In this document: one piece after another, positions 24,153 to 35,899 of the stretch
Position numbering within the stretch: the stretch's first letter is position 1
Layout of the letters: each line of letters opens with the position of its first letter
Assembly (NCBI GenBank): GCA_001816655.1
Contig: MHCP01000028.1
Coordinates: 99,848-141,375, forward strand
Direction: 5' to 3'
Origin: Candidatus Woykebacteria bacterium RBG_13_40_15
Lineage (GTDB): Bacteria; Patescibacteriota; Microgenomatia; Woykebacterales; RBG-16-39-9b
Length of the DNA: 41,528 nucleotides
Position numbers and translations under genes: made by a program
The notes under the pieces: generated by a model
Seen by the model: only the letters and a program-made list of their open reading frames with translations
What the model was told of the DNA's origin: nothing
Database searches by the model: none

Positions 24153-24716
24153 TTACTCCCCTGCTCGTTCATACGTATGGATTTCGCTTTCATGAAACCA
24201 AAGTTTTTCTTCAAACTCTGCTTCCTCTTTTGAACCAGAAACATGAACAATATTTTCCACACCTCGCTTTTCCGCATTTGCATAGGCTGGCGAATCTGTT
24301 GAAAAATCACCCCGGATAGTACCTGGAGGAGCATTCACCGGCACCGTCGGACCAGCAATTGCCCTAGCGTTATCAACTGCGTGCCTACCCTCAAGTAAGA
24401 TTGCTACAAGTGGGCCAGATCCCACATAATCGATTAGCCACCCTCGAATCATTCTACCTAATTCCAAGGGGTCACTTGTCCCTAAATCTTTATCCGAATC
24501 CTTCCCGTACTCCTTATAGGTTTTTAGAGTCTTCTTGCCTAAACTAATTAAAAAGTCTTCCTTGTCCGTATAATGCTTTTTTAAATGGTCCTCCTGCGCC
24601 CACATCATCTTAATCGCCACAATTTTTAGGCCCATTCTTTCATACCTACCAACCACCTCTCCAACCAAACCGCGTCTCACCCCATCCGGTTTTACTAAAA
24701 CAACAGCACGCTCCAT
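24153..24716 (-). CDS. ndk: Nucleoside diphosphate kinase, long form with internal insertions
   Basis: VLVKPDGVRRGLVGEVVGRYE, GTIRGDF and NIVHVSGS (catalytic His). About 35 extra residues follow the HY motif compared with 140-150-aa NDKs. Confidence 0.85.
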   Translation of the reverse strand: MERAVVLVKPDGVRRGLVGEVVGRYERMGLKIVAIKMMWAQEDHLKKHYTDKEDFLISLGKKTLKTYKEYGKDSDKDLGTSDPLELGRMIRGWLIDYVGSGPLVAILLEGRHAVDNARAIAGPTVPVNAPPGTIRGDFSTDSPAYANAEKRGVENIVHVSGSKEEAEFEEKLWFHESEIHTYERAGE

Positions 24717-24767
24717 AAAACCTCCTTAGAATAACTTAAGATAAAAATTATAATTAACCTTGGTTTT

Positions 24768-26036
24768 TCAGCTTAACTTTAATATTTTAACAAACTCACC
24801 CTCTTCCTTGTAAGGGCCAATTATTGCAAGGTTCAATTTGCTATCTCTGAAAATATCAGAAGCAGTACTTTTTACATTATCCGCACTAACACGCTCCACA
24901 TTTTCCATTATTTCCTCTGGAGTTCTAATTTTATTTTCCAAAAGTTGCTGTAGACCAAACATACTTGCTACTTCCCTAGAGTCTTCAAGTTCAAGCACAA
25001 TTTTCCCTTTGATATACTCTTTTGCTTTCTTTAGCTCGTCTTCTAATACATTTTTCGCTGAAAGCTTGTTGAATTCCTCTAAAATAACTTTTGTCGCTTC
25101 TTGTATGTTTTTAGGCTCGGTTCCAACCTGAGTAACGAAAAAACCGCTATCAGTATATTCCTCGACTGTAGACCTAACATAATAAGCAAGGCCTCTTCTT
25201 TCCCGAAGCTGAATGAATAATCTTGAACTCATTGAAACACCTAAAATTGTGTTTAAGACAGCAAGTTTATATCGGTTTTCATGCCCTCGAGGGTAAGCGC
25301 GAACACCAAGGCAAAAATGAGCCTGTTCCGTCTTTTTGTTCATAAGTTTAATTGCTGGTTTTTTCTGTTCCTCTTTTACTGGAAGGAAATTTTTAACATC
25401 CTTATCAGAAAGATCTGATAAATACTGGTCTGGTATCTTCAAAATTTCGTTTCCTACCCCACCCGAAACAGAAACTACCATATTTCTCGGTTGATAAAAT
25501 TGCTCTAGGTAAGAAATAAAATCCTCGCGATTAATGTTTTTCAAAGAATCGATAGTACCAGTGATATGCCAACCGAGTGGGTGGTCCCCATACAAAAGTA
25601 TCTCAAAAAAATCACTAATGTAGCGTGCCGGAGTATCGAGATTCATCCTAAGTTCTTCGGAAATAACCCCTCTTTCACGGTCAATTTCCCTCTGATCAAA
25701 TTTGGAGTGAAGAATCATATCTGTAAGTACATCAAAGGAAAGTGGCAAATGCTTACTTGCTGCTTTAATATAAAATCCTGTAAATTCCTTCGCAGTAAAG
25801 GCGTTGAACTCTGCTCCGACACTGTCTACCGTAGATGAGATATCTAGCGCGGTTGGTCTCTTTTTTGTACCCTTGAAAAACATATGTTCAGCAAAATGAG
25901 CTATTCCATTTTGTTTTTTCTGCTCATACCTGCTACCTGCGCGAACCAGAAAAAGTGTCGTAGCACTAGCTACGTTTGGCAACTTAGTAACCAAAACTTG
26001 TAGGTTATTTTTTAATTTAGTTATTTCGGGATTCAA
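24768..26036 (-). CDS. Peptidase M16 (pitrilysin/insulinase family)
   Basis: HFAEHMFFKGT inverted zinc motif (HxxEH); 422 aa with a two-domain layout. Confidence 0.85.
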   Translation of the reverse strand: MNPEITKLKNNLQVLVTKLPNVASATTLFLVRAGSRYEQKKQNGIAHFAEHMFFKGTKKRPTALDISSTVDSVGAEFNAFTAKEFTGFYIKAASKHLPLSFDVLTDMILHSKFDQREIDRERGVISEELRMNLDTPARYISDFFEILLYGDHPLGWHITGTIDSLKNINREDFISYLEQFYQPRNMVVSVSGGVGNEILKIPDQYLSDLSDKDVKNFLPVKEEQKKPAIKLMNKKTEQAHFCLGVRAYPRGHENRYKLAVLNTILGVSMSSRLFIQLRERRGLAYYVRSTVEEYTDSGFFVTQVGTEPKNIQEATKVILEEFNKLSAKNVLEDELKKAKEYIKGKIVLELEDSREVASMFGLQQLLENKIRTPEEIMENVERVSADNVKSTASDIFRDSKLNLAIIGPYKEEGEFVKILKLS

Positions 26037-27694
26037 TCTTTCCTCCTCATTTCCTCCGGGGCTAAGATCCCCATCAAACCAAGGGTGTTTGCTAATACAG
26101 TCTTAGTTGCTGTAACTAAAGAAAGTCGCACCAAAGTCAACTTTTTATCTTCACTAATGACTCTAACCTTTTCATAGAATTTGTGGAAGAGATCGGCAAG
26201 CTCTTTGCTGTATGTTGGCAGGCTATGAACCGCGTAATTTTGCGAGATATCTTCAACTAACTCGGGTAGTTTAATTAGATGTTTGATCAAAGATAGTTCA
26301 GTAGCTTCCTTCAGCAAGCCGAAGTCTTCCTCACTTATCTGACCGTCGCTAAGACCCTCCTTTTGCGCCTTTTTTAAAACACTGCTGCAACGGGCATGGG
26401 CATATTGGATATAATAAACTGGGTTCTTCTCACTTTGCTCCTTGGCGAGTTCAAAGTCAAAATCCAAATGCGTATTAGGAGCCCGAGAAATGAAAAAGTA
26501 CCTAGCAACGTCCAACCCAACCTCATTTACTAATTCTTCCAAAGTAATAAACGTGCCTGTCCTCTTTGACATTCTTACTTCCCTACCATTTTCCATTAGC
26601 CTCACTAATTGGACAACTATAATATCCAGTTTGTCTTTAAAATCCAGCTCCGACATAGAAGCTTTCATTCTTGGAACATAACCGGCGTGATCTGCACCCC
26701 AAATATCAATTACTTTGTCAAACCCGCGCTCAAATTTGCCTAAGTGATAGGCAATATCAGCTAGAAAGTATGTTGGGCTTTTTTCACCTGCAATCCCACT
26801 CCTAACCAAAACTCGATCCTCCTCGGCTCCAGGAATTTTATGTTCTTTCTTAGGTTTAAACCAAAAAGCTCCTTCTTTTTCCTGAACCAAACCTTTCTTT
26901 TTAAGCGTGTCTAGTGCCTTATCCACCCTGCCTTCGCCATGAAGACTTTCCTCAGAGATGAATTTGTCAAAATTAATATTTAGCTTCGCTAACGAGGGCT
27001 TAATAAACGTATCCATGACAATTTGAGCTGCTAGTTTCCCAAGTTCGTAAGGTTTCATTCTGTAATTTTCTATATCAACTCCTCTATTTTTTAGTTTTTC
27101 TGCAAGCTCAACTATGTATTCGCCTTTATACAAATCCTCCCGTTCTTCAATTTTTATGCCTGAAACATCTAGTATCGAAAGGCCTAAATTGTTAATCTGA
27201 TTTCCGGCGTCATTAATGAAATACTCTCGTTCTACTTTAAACCCCGCCTTCTCCAAGCAATTTGCTAAGGCATCTCCAGTAAAGCCTCCCCGACCGTTGC
27301 CAAGGGTAAGGGGCCCAGTGGGATTTGCTGAAATAAATTCAACTTGTACCTTTCTACCTAAGCCTTTCTCCAACCGACCAAAATCCTTATTTTCTTCGAT
27401 AATTTTTCGTAAACTTGTTTGCAAAAATTTCGGAGAGATTCGGAAATTTATGAAGCTGTTTTTAGCGATTTCGGTGGTGAAAACGTTGTCATTTTTTGGT
27501 AGCCTAGCTACTAAAAGTTTAGCAATTTCTGACGCTGACTGCTGATTTTTGAGCTTGGCCAGCTTGAGTGCTATATTTGAAGCGTAATCCCCAAATCTCG
27601 GATCATTTGTTTGGGAAATTTCAGGCCTGAGCTTACCATAACCGGCTTCCTTTACAGCCTTCGCTAGCTTTTCCCCTAAGATCGCTCTAATCAT
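26033..27694 (-). CDS. argS: Arginine--tRNA ligase
   Basis: ISANPTGPL...GDALANCLE, INDAGNQI, DHAGYVPRM and MSKRTG motifs. Start placed at the ATG at 27694, downstream of TTGACT-18 nt-TATACT. ATGA overlap with the M16 gene. Confidence 0.9.
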   Translation of the reverse strand: MIRAILGEKLAKAVKEAGYGKLRPEISQTNDPRFGDYASNIALKLAKLKNQQSASEIAKLLVARLPKNDNVFTTEIAKNSFINFRISPKFLQTSLRKIIEENKDFGRLEKGLGRKVQVEFISANPTGPLTLGNGRGGFTGDALANCLEKAGFKVEREYFINDAGNQINNLGLSILDVSGIKIEEREDLYKGEYIVELAEKLKNRGVDIENYRMKPYELGKLAAQIVMDTFIKPSLAKLNINFDKFISEESLHGEGRVDKALDTLKKKGLVQEKEGAFWFKPKKEHKIPGAEEDRVLVRSGIAGEKSPTYFLADIAYHLGKFERGFDKVIDIWGADHAGYVPRMKASMSELDFKDKLDIIVVQLVRLMENGREVRMSKRTGTFITLEELVNEVGLDVARYFFISRAPNTHLDFDFELAKEQSEKNPVYYIQYAHARCSSVLKKAQKEGLSDGQISEEDFGLLKEATELSLIKHLIKLPELVEDISQNYAVHSLPTYSKELADLFHKFYEKVRVISEDKKLTLVRLSLVTATKTVLANTLGLMGILAPEEMRRKD

Positions 27695-27754
27695 ATTCCC
27701 AACTAGTATAACATTAGTCAAATAAAATAAGTCAATAATGTACCTGCTCGGAGA

Positions 27755-28609
27755 TTACTTAGTTTGGACTTCAAAGCCACTACCGTTGCTTATAACTTCT
27801 ATTGTTCCATTTTTATCTGTTCTGTATATCTTTGATCCCATCTTTATTAATAAATAGAGAGTATTTTGATTGGGATGCCCGTAATTATTTTTCGCGCCGA
27901 CAGAAACCACGCTAAGATTAGGAGATAATAATCTAACAAACTGTTCCTTGAGTGAGGTTTTTGATCCATGATGGGGCACCTTAAATACCTCAATGTGATT
28001 AATGTTACTTGTATATGGTTGGGTACCTTGATCGGCGTCGCCAGTTAAAAGAGCATCAAATTTCTTAAATGTCACTTGGACTACAATAGAGCCTTGGTTT
28101 AAATTTTTAGTTTCAAAATGATTTATCCTCGGCCATAATACCGTAATCGTAGTTGAGTCTGGAAACCTCATAGAGTCGCCTTGGGAAACAATGGTAGATG
28201 AAATATTTTTCTCCTTAATTATTTTTTCCCAATCTTTAAAAATTTTCGAGTCGTTCGAATCACCATTGATCCACAAATTACTAATCTGATATTCTTTGAC
28301 CACTCTTATTAGGCCTGTTAAATGATCAGCTTCAGGGTGGGTGAGAATAAGTAGATCTATTCTTTTTGAGTAGAAAGGTAAATCAGTCCCTAGGTAATTT
28401 AGGACTTTATCATTTGGCCCCCCATCAATCAAAATTCGATACCCCTTGGGGGTCTCTAAAAGAATTGAATCTCCCTGCCCTACGTCGTAGAATTTCAAAT
28501 GAAGATTGCTGTCCGGAAGAGAAAAATAAAAATTCCAAATTAAAATATTTCCGACAATCAAGCTTAAAAAAGCCACCTTTATCTTATTTTGATTTAGCCA
28601 ATCGACCAT
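27755..28609 (-). CDS. comEC: ComEC C-terminal module: TM helix plus metallo-beta-lactamase domain, as a separate ORF
   Basis: FYDVGQGDSILL, LILTHPEADHLTGL (HxHxDH-type motif) and KVPHHGS. Confidence 0.8.
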   Translation of the reverse strand: MVDWLNQNKIKVAFLSLIVGNILIWNFYFSLPDSNLHLKFYDVGQGDSILLETPKGYRILIDGGPNDKVLNYLGTDLPFYSKRIDLLILTHPEADHLTGLIRVVKEYQISNLWINGDSNDSKIFKDWEKIIKEKNISSTIVSQGDSMRFPDSTTITVLWPRINHFETKNLNQGSIVVQVTFKKFDALLTGDADQGTQPYTSNINHIEVFKVPHHGSKTSLKEQFVRLLSPNLSVVSVGAKNNYGHPNQNTLYLLIKMGSKIYRTDKNGTIEVISNGSGFEVQTK

Positions 28610-29813
28610 ATATCAAGTATAAAAAGATAACTAATACACAAAGATAATAAAAAACTAAGACAAGGATATTGCTCGGCTTGAACGTAAAGTAAGAAATTGG
28701 AAGTTTACTAAAAATATTTACTAAGCTAATAAACGTGAACAAAAGTGCCCAAATGATCCAGCCTATTATGGTCGCTATAGGCATGAAAATAAATGCTGCC
28801 AATAGAAAGATAAAACCCAAAATAGTTGCTATTGGAATTATCCACAAAACAGCGGCGTTAGCCGCCGGGGAAATAGCAGAAACAGAGCCAAAGTGATAAA
28901 AGATTACCGGTGCAACCAAGAGCTGAGCTGACACTGTCGTGGAAAGATCGTCATTCAACGGTTTAGGTAGCAACCTAAAAATTGAGAGTACTCGTTTTTG
29001 AAAAACAACGATTCCTGCTGTGGCCAAAAAGGAAAGTTGAAACCCAATATTTGATAAAACAGCCGGTTCAAGAATAAACATCAAAGATCCAGCCAAAATT
29101 AATGCGTAAAAAGTAAAGGTTTGCCGTCCGAAAAACGCAGCGAAGAAAGCTAAACCGCCCATAATCGCAGCACGGACTGCCGGTGGATCGGCACCTACCA
29201 GAAAAGTATAAAAAGCAATTCCGACCAAACCTAAAATTATGGCGACTCTTCTATGAACAAAGCCAGCCAATCCAATTAGGAATCCCGACACAACACTGAT
29301 ATTGTAGCCAGAAACCACAACTACATGAATAGTCCCGCTTCTAACTAAAGAATCTTTCAAATCGGCAGGCAAATTTTCCTTTTCACCTAGAACGATTCCA
29401 GCTAAAAGAGCCGATTCTGGTTGAGGCAAGGTAGCAGTGATTTTGTCGTTTAACTTTTGCCTAAAAAAGTAAAGTTTTCTTTGCCATGTAGACTCACCAA
29501 CTTTCTCTATCAAGGGACTGGAAAGTTTACCACCTACTAGCTGCCCCTTAATTTTTAATATGTCTCCATACTCAAAAGTGGGATCAGAAACGGTTTGTAA
29601 AATATATCCATCTATATCAAAATACTGCCAGTTTCTGAAGATTTTAGGCTCTTCCAATAAAGTGGCTTTGAATTCAACAAAACCTTCCTTAGGCTTTTCT
29701 AAGAACGTGGCAAAACGGATACAAAGCAAAGAAGTCGTCGTAATTAAAATGATTAGTGTGGTAAATTTTTTCCAGCTACTACTCTGTGGCGATTTTGTCT
29801 TTGATGTTTTCAA
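28584..29813 (-). CDS. comEC: ComEC/Rec2 N-terminal module: OB-like (DUF4131) plus polytopic competence domain
   Basis: The N-terminal fold-like segment (YGDILKIKGQL) is followed by at least 8 hydrophobic helices typical of the competence channel. It overlaps the MBL ORF by 26 nt in another frame. Confidence 0.8.
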   Translation of the reverse strand: MKTSKTKSPQSSSWKKFTTLIILITTTSLLCIRFATFLEKPKEGFVEFKATLLEEPKIFRNWQYFDIDGYILQTVSDPTFEYGDILKIKGQLVGGKLSSPLIEKVGESTWQRKLYFFRQKLNDKITATLPQPESALLAGIVLGEKENLPADLKDSLVRSGTIHVVVVSGYNISVVSGFLIGLAGFVHRRVAIILGLVGIAFYTFLVGADPPAVRAAIMGGLAFFAAFFGRQTFTFYALILAGSLMFILEPAVLSNIGFQLSFLATAGIVVFQKRVLSIFRLLPKPLNDDLSTTVSAQLLVAPVIFYHFGSVSAISPAANAAVLWIIPIATILGFIFLLAAFIFMPIATIIGWIIWALLFTFISLVNIFSKLPISYFTFKPSNILVLVFYYLCVLVIFLYLIYGRLAKSK

Positions 29814-30168
29814 AAGTAGCTTCCCCTAGGACTTTTTTATTTAGAAGATCCTCAATTGACTCGTATGGCCGGTTTTCTATAATTTTTTCAGCTCTAACAG
29901 GACCAATTCCAGGCAGTGAATCAAGTTCTTTTTCTGTCGCAGTGTTAATATTAATTTTGTCCGATATCTCGGCTTGAACATTGTTGGTGGCTTGTGTTTG
30001 ACTTTTTTCTCCTGCAATAAACTGAGGCTCTGAATTGTTTGAAAATAGTTTTCCAGCGGAAAGCCCAACACCAATGAAAGCAAGGCCCGCTAAGGCTAAA
30101 ATTAGGGAAACTTGATACTCTTTAACTAAACTAAAAGCCCTTTCTACTCCCTCTTTTTGAGCGGCCAT
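29779..30168 (-). CDS. comEA: ComEA-type DNA receptor (TM anchor plus helix-hairpin-helix)
   Basis: ININTATEKELDSLPGIGPVRAEKIIENRPYESIEDLL is the tandem HhH motif. N-terminal TM helix. Confidence 0.85.
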   Translation of the reverse strand: MAAQKEGVERAFSLVKEYQVSLILALAGLAFIGVGLSAGKLFSNNSEPQFIAGEKSQTQATNNVQAEISDKININTATEKELDSLPGIGPVRAEKIIENRPYESIEDLLNKKVLGEATFENIKDKIATE

Positions 30169-30212
30169 AGAGAAACTTTAAAAAAGGCGAGCTACTTTGT
30201 CAAGAAAATATT

Positions 30213-30602
30213 TTAGATACTCTTGATATACGCTTTGACCCAGGATTTGTAGAAAGTAATGAGGTGGCCCAAGCCACGTTTAGTCATTTCTTTATCAATT
30301 ATTCCTCCTCTGTGAGGATAGCGGGATAGCCTTGGCCCAGGTGTTGGAAAACCATGAGCATAATGACAAAGCTCGTGCGAAATAGTGTGGTCAATGATAT
30401 CGTCTGGGTATTTTTCGTCCTGGAAGCGACCATTGATCGTAATACGAACTGATCTATCGTTGTAGCAATAACGAATAGAACCAAATCTATAGTTAGCCGC
30501 CCGGCCAAAGCGTATATCTATCTTGTTCTTCCTGGGAACATCAAAGAAGCGATTTTCCCAAATGGAATCCAAACGTTTTGATAGGTATAAATTGGTACGC
30601 AT
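30213..30602 (-). CDS. Small zinc-metallopeptidase-fold protein (DUF45/SprT-like, HExxH)
   Basis: HTISHELCHYAHGF contains HELCH; 129 aa. Confidence 0.6.
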   Translation of the reverse strand: MRTNLYLSKRLDSIWENRFFDVPRKNKIDIRFGRAANYRFGSIRYCYNDRSVRITINGRFQDEKYPDDIIDHTISHELCHYAHGFPTPGPRLSRYPHRGGIIDKEMTKRGLGHLITFYKSWVKAYIKSI

Positions 30603-30629
30603 TATTCCCTCAGATAAACTTGGGATTAC

Positions 30630-30657
30630 AAAAAATTACTCTTGGATGCCCTCCAAG
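30630..30657 (-). terminator. Rho-independent terminator downstream of leuS
   Basis: Minus-strand CTTGGA-GGGCA-TCCAAG followed by AGTAATTTTTTG. Confidence 0.6.
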
Positions 30658-30767
30658 TATGGTTTTTAGGTTACTATTTTTGGGGGGTATAATCAACAAG
30701 CAACCTTTCGGTGAAACAGGGTTTCTAGGGCTTTTGAGGGGCTTACAGAGGATATTTTCAGACCTAC

Positions 30768-33368
30768 TTAATCAATCTTGTCTAATACGTAGTTTATTAT
30801 CTTTCCAGGCACGTAAATTACATTTTTTAGCTTCTTTCCTTCGATATAAACCTTTATCCTCGGCTCTTCTCTAGTTCTCTTATCCACTTCATTCTGAACT
30901 CCTGCCTCACCGGACTTCGGCGAGCTCAGTCGAGTCGCAAGCAGGCTTAATTCCGAATTCTGAATTTCGATGGTGCCTCGAAGCTTACCATTAACCTGGA
31001 CAGCAATCGTCAGCTTCTCTTCTTTTAAGCTCTCTTCATCGAAAGTTGGCCAACTTTGATTGTGTATGGAATATTTCTCGCCTATTTTGTTCCAAAGTTC
31101 TTCTGATATAAAAGGTGCAAAAACCGAGAGAAGAATTAAGAATTTCTTTAGTGTCTTTCGATCAATCTCCCCTTTATGATTGTAAGCAAAATTTAAAAAC
31201 TCCATTAGCGCTGCAATCGCTGTATTAAATCTTAAAAATTCAATATCTTCGGTAATTTTTTTCACCAATTTATTTATTTCTCTAGCCACCAAAGAATTAG
31301 CAGAAGGGGCTGCCTGGTCGCTAATTTCGTGCGTAATTTTCCAAACCCTGTTTAGGAAGCGGTAAACTCCGCTAATCGCTACATCAGCAAAATCCCCGCC
31401 CAGCTCATAAGGGCCAATAAAAAGTAGATACATCCGCAACGTATCTGTGCCATAAGTATCCATATACTCATTTGGATTAACTACGTTGCCACGGGATTTA
31501 CTCATTTTCGCACCGCCGTGAATAATTAAACCGTGGGATCTAAATTTTTTGAATGGCTCTTCGAAGTCAATTAATCCTATGTCGTTTAAAGCCATCGTTA
31601 CGAAGCGGGTGTAAAGTAAGTGCAATACCGCGTGCTCGTTACCACCGATATACATATCAACCGGCAACCATTTCTTTGTTACGCCTTTGTCAAAAGCTAC
31701 TTCTTTCGAATTTGGCTCATTTACTGTCGGGTAACGCAAAAAATACCAACTAGAGTCTAAAAATGTATCAGAAACATCAGTCTCCCTTCGTGCCTGACTA
31801 CCGCATAAAGGACATTTTACGTTGACAAAATCGGAAACAGCAGCAAGTGGGCTTACCCCTGCTCCTTTTGGCCGGTAATCTTTAATATCCGGCAAAAGGA
31901 CTGGTAGGTCTGAGGAAGGAACAGTATACCAACCCGGTAATAATACCTTGCCTTTTACCTCTTCCCCCTTACCTTCCTTTCCACACTTTTCACAGTAAAT
32001 CATCGGAATCGGTGGTCCCCAATATCGCTGCCGAGATATTAACCAATCACGAAGATGGTAATTAATAGCCCTGCTTGCAATTCCTTTCTTCTCTAAGTAT
32101 TTAATTGCCTCTTCTCGAACCTCTCCCCATCGACGGCCAGTAAATTCCTTTGGTTGTTCAAGCACACCTTGAAGATCGCGGCAATATGCAACTTCTAGAT
32201 TGCGGACTTTTTCGGCAAGCTTTCTATCCTCAGGAAACATAACTGGGCGAAGGGGAATACCGTATTTCTTGGCAAATGCAAAATCGCGTTCATCATGAGC
32301 ACTACAATGAACAATACCAGAACCATATCCCATAACCACAAAAGAAGATATCCAAATAGGTAAATCCCCAGTTCCAAAAGGATTATCAACATAGCGACCC
32401 GTAAAGATACCTTCAGTTTCTATATTTGGATCGTAACCCTTAACAGTTCTTTCCTTCTTTATTTTCTCAACGAATTCTAAAACAGGCTTTTCAAAAGCGG
32501 TTCCCTTTACTAATTCTGGCACCAATGGATGTTCTGGAGCAATAATTGTGAACGTCTGAGCCCTAAATGTTTGTGGCACAGAATCAAAAGCTTCAAATTC
32601 AATCTTAAGATCTTTAATTTTGGAATGGATATTAACCCCCTCGCTTTTACCAATCCAGTTTCTTTGCATTTGCTTTGTACTTTCAGACCAATCAATGTGA
32701 TCTAGATTCGCAAGTAGCTTTTCAGCATAGTCAGTTATTTTCAAAAACCACTGCTCCAGCTCTTTTTGAACCACGCTAGTTCCACAACGCTCACACTTGC
32801 CCGCAATTACTTGCTCGTCAGCAAGCACGGTTTTGCAGCTTGGGCACCAATCCACCGGCGCCTTCTTTCTCATAGCCAAACCTGCTTTAAACAATTGGGT
32901 AAAGATCCACTGGGTCCATTTGTAGTAATCCGGATCAGAAGTAATCGCTTGGTGGTCCCAGTCAAAAAGGGCTCCGAGCCTTTTTAGCTGCTTCTCTCGG
33001 AAAAAAGTCGTTGTCTCCTCTATCAGTTCTTTAGGGTGAATGTTTTTTTTAATAGCATAGTTTTCAGAATGGATTCCAAACGAATCAAATCCCATTGGCT
33101 CAAAGACATCAAACCCGCTCATCCTTTTAAACCGGCCAAAGGTGTCACTTCCACTAAAAGCATAAACATGGCCAACGTGAAGCCCTTCGCCTGAAGGATA
33201 TGGGAACATCATAAGATTGAAGAAAGGCTTTTTAGCCTTTTGGACATCCACATTGAAGAGCTTATCTTTGCTCCATTTTTCTCGATACTTTTTTTCAATT
33301 TCTTTTGGATCGTATCTAGGTATATCCATAGGTTTCGCTATTGTACTAAAAAGTGGTTTTTTGTTCAA
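30768..33368 (-). CDS. leuS: Leucine--tRNA ligase
   Basis: HVGH and KMSKS signatures, the CP1 editing domain, and the C-terminal VQVNGK...IYVPGK motif. The true start may be the internal Met at 33329. Confidence 0.93.
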   Translation of the reverse strand: MNKKPLFSTIAKPMDIPRYDPKEIEKKYREKWSKDKLFNVDVQKAKKPFFNLMMFPYPSGEGLHVGHVYAFSGSDTFGRFKRMSGFDVFEPMGFDSFGIHSENYAIKKNIHPKELIEETTTFFREKQLKRLGALFDWDHQAITSDPDYYKWTQWIFTQLFKAGLAMRKKAPVDWCPSCKTVLADEQVIAGKCERCGTSVVQKELEQWFLKITDYAEKLLANLDHIDWSESTKQMQRNWIGKSEGVNIHSKIKDLKIEFEAFDSVPQTFRAQTFTIIAPEHPLVPELVKGTAFEKPVLEFVEKIKKERTVKGYDPNIETEGIFTGRYVDNPFGTGDLPIWISSFVVMGYGSGIVHCSAHDERDFAFAKKYGIPLRPVMFPEDRKLAEKVRNLEVAYCRDLQGVLEQPKEFTGRRWGEVREEAIKYLEKKGIASRAINYHLRDWLISRQRYWGPPIPMIYCEKCGKEGKGEEVKGKVLLPGWYTVPSSDLPVLLPDIKDYRPKGAGVSPLAAVSDFVNVKCPLCGSQARRETDVSDTFLDSSWYFLRYPTVNEPNSKEVAFDKGVTKKWLPVDMYIGGNEHAVLHLLYTRFVTMALNDIGLIDFEEPFKKFRSHGLIIHGGAKMSKSRGNVVNPNEYMDTYGTDTLRMYLLFIGPYELGGDFADVAISGVYRFLNRVWKITHEISDQAAPSANSLVAREINKLVKKITEDIEFLRFNTAIAALMEFLNFAYNHKGEIDRKTLKKFLILLSVFAPFISEELWNKIGEKYSIHNQSWPTFDEESLKEEKLTIAVQVNGKLRGTIEIQNSELSLLATRLSSPKSGEAGVQNEVDKRTREEPRIKVYIEGKKLKNVIYVPGKIINYVLDKID

Positions 33369-33385
33369 TACAACTTGCTTAAAAG

Positions 33386-35891
<2,506 letters not shown>

Positions 35892-35899
<8 letters not shown>

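Noticed and set aside
24113-24334. 73-aa minus-strand ORF overlapping the ndk 3' end
   Set aside because: It lies in an alternative frame of the well-supported ndk gene and has no independent signals.
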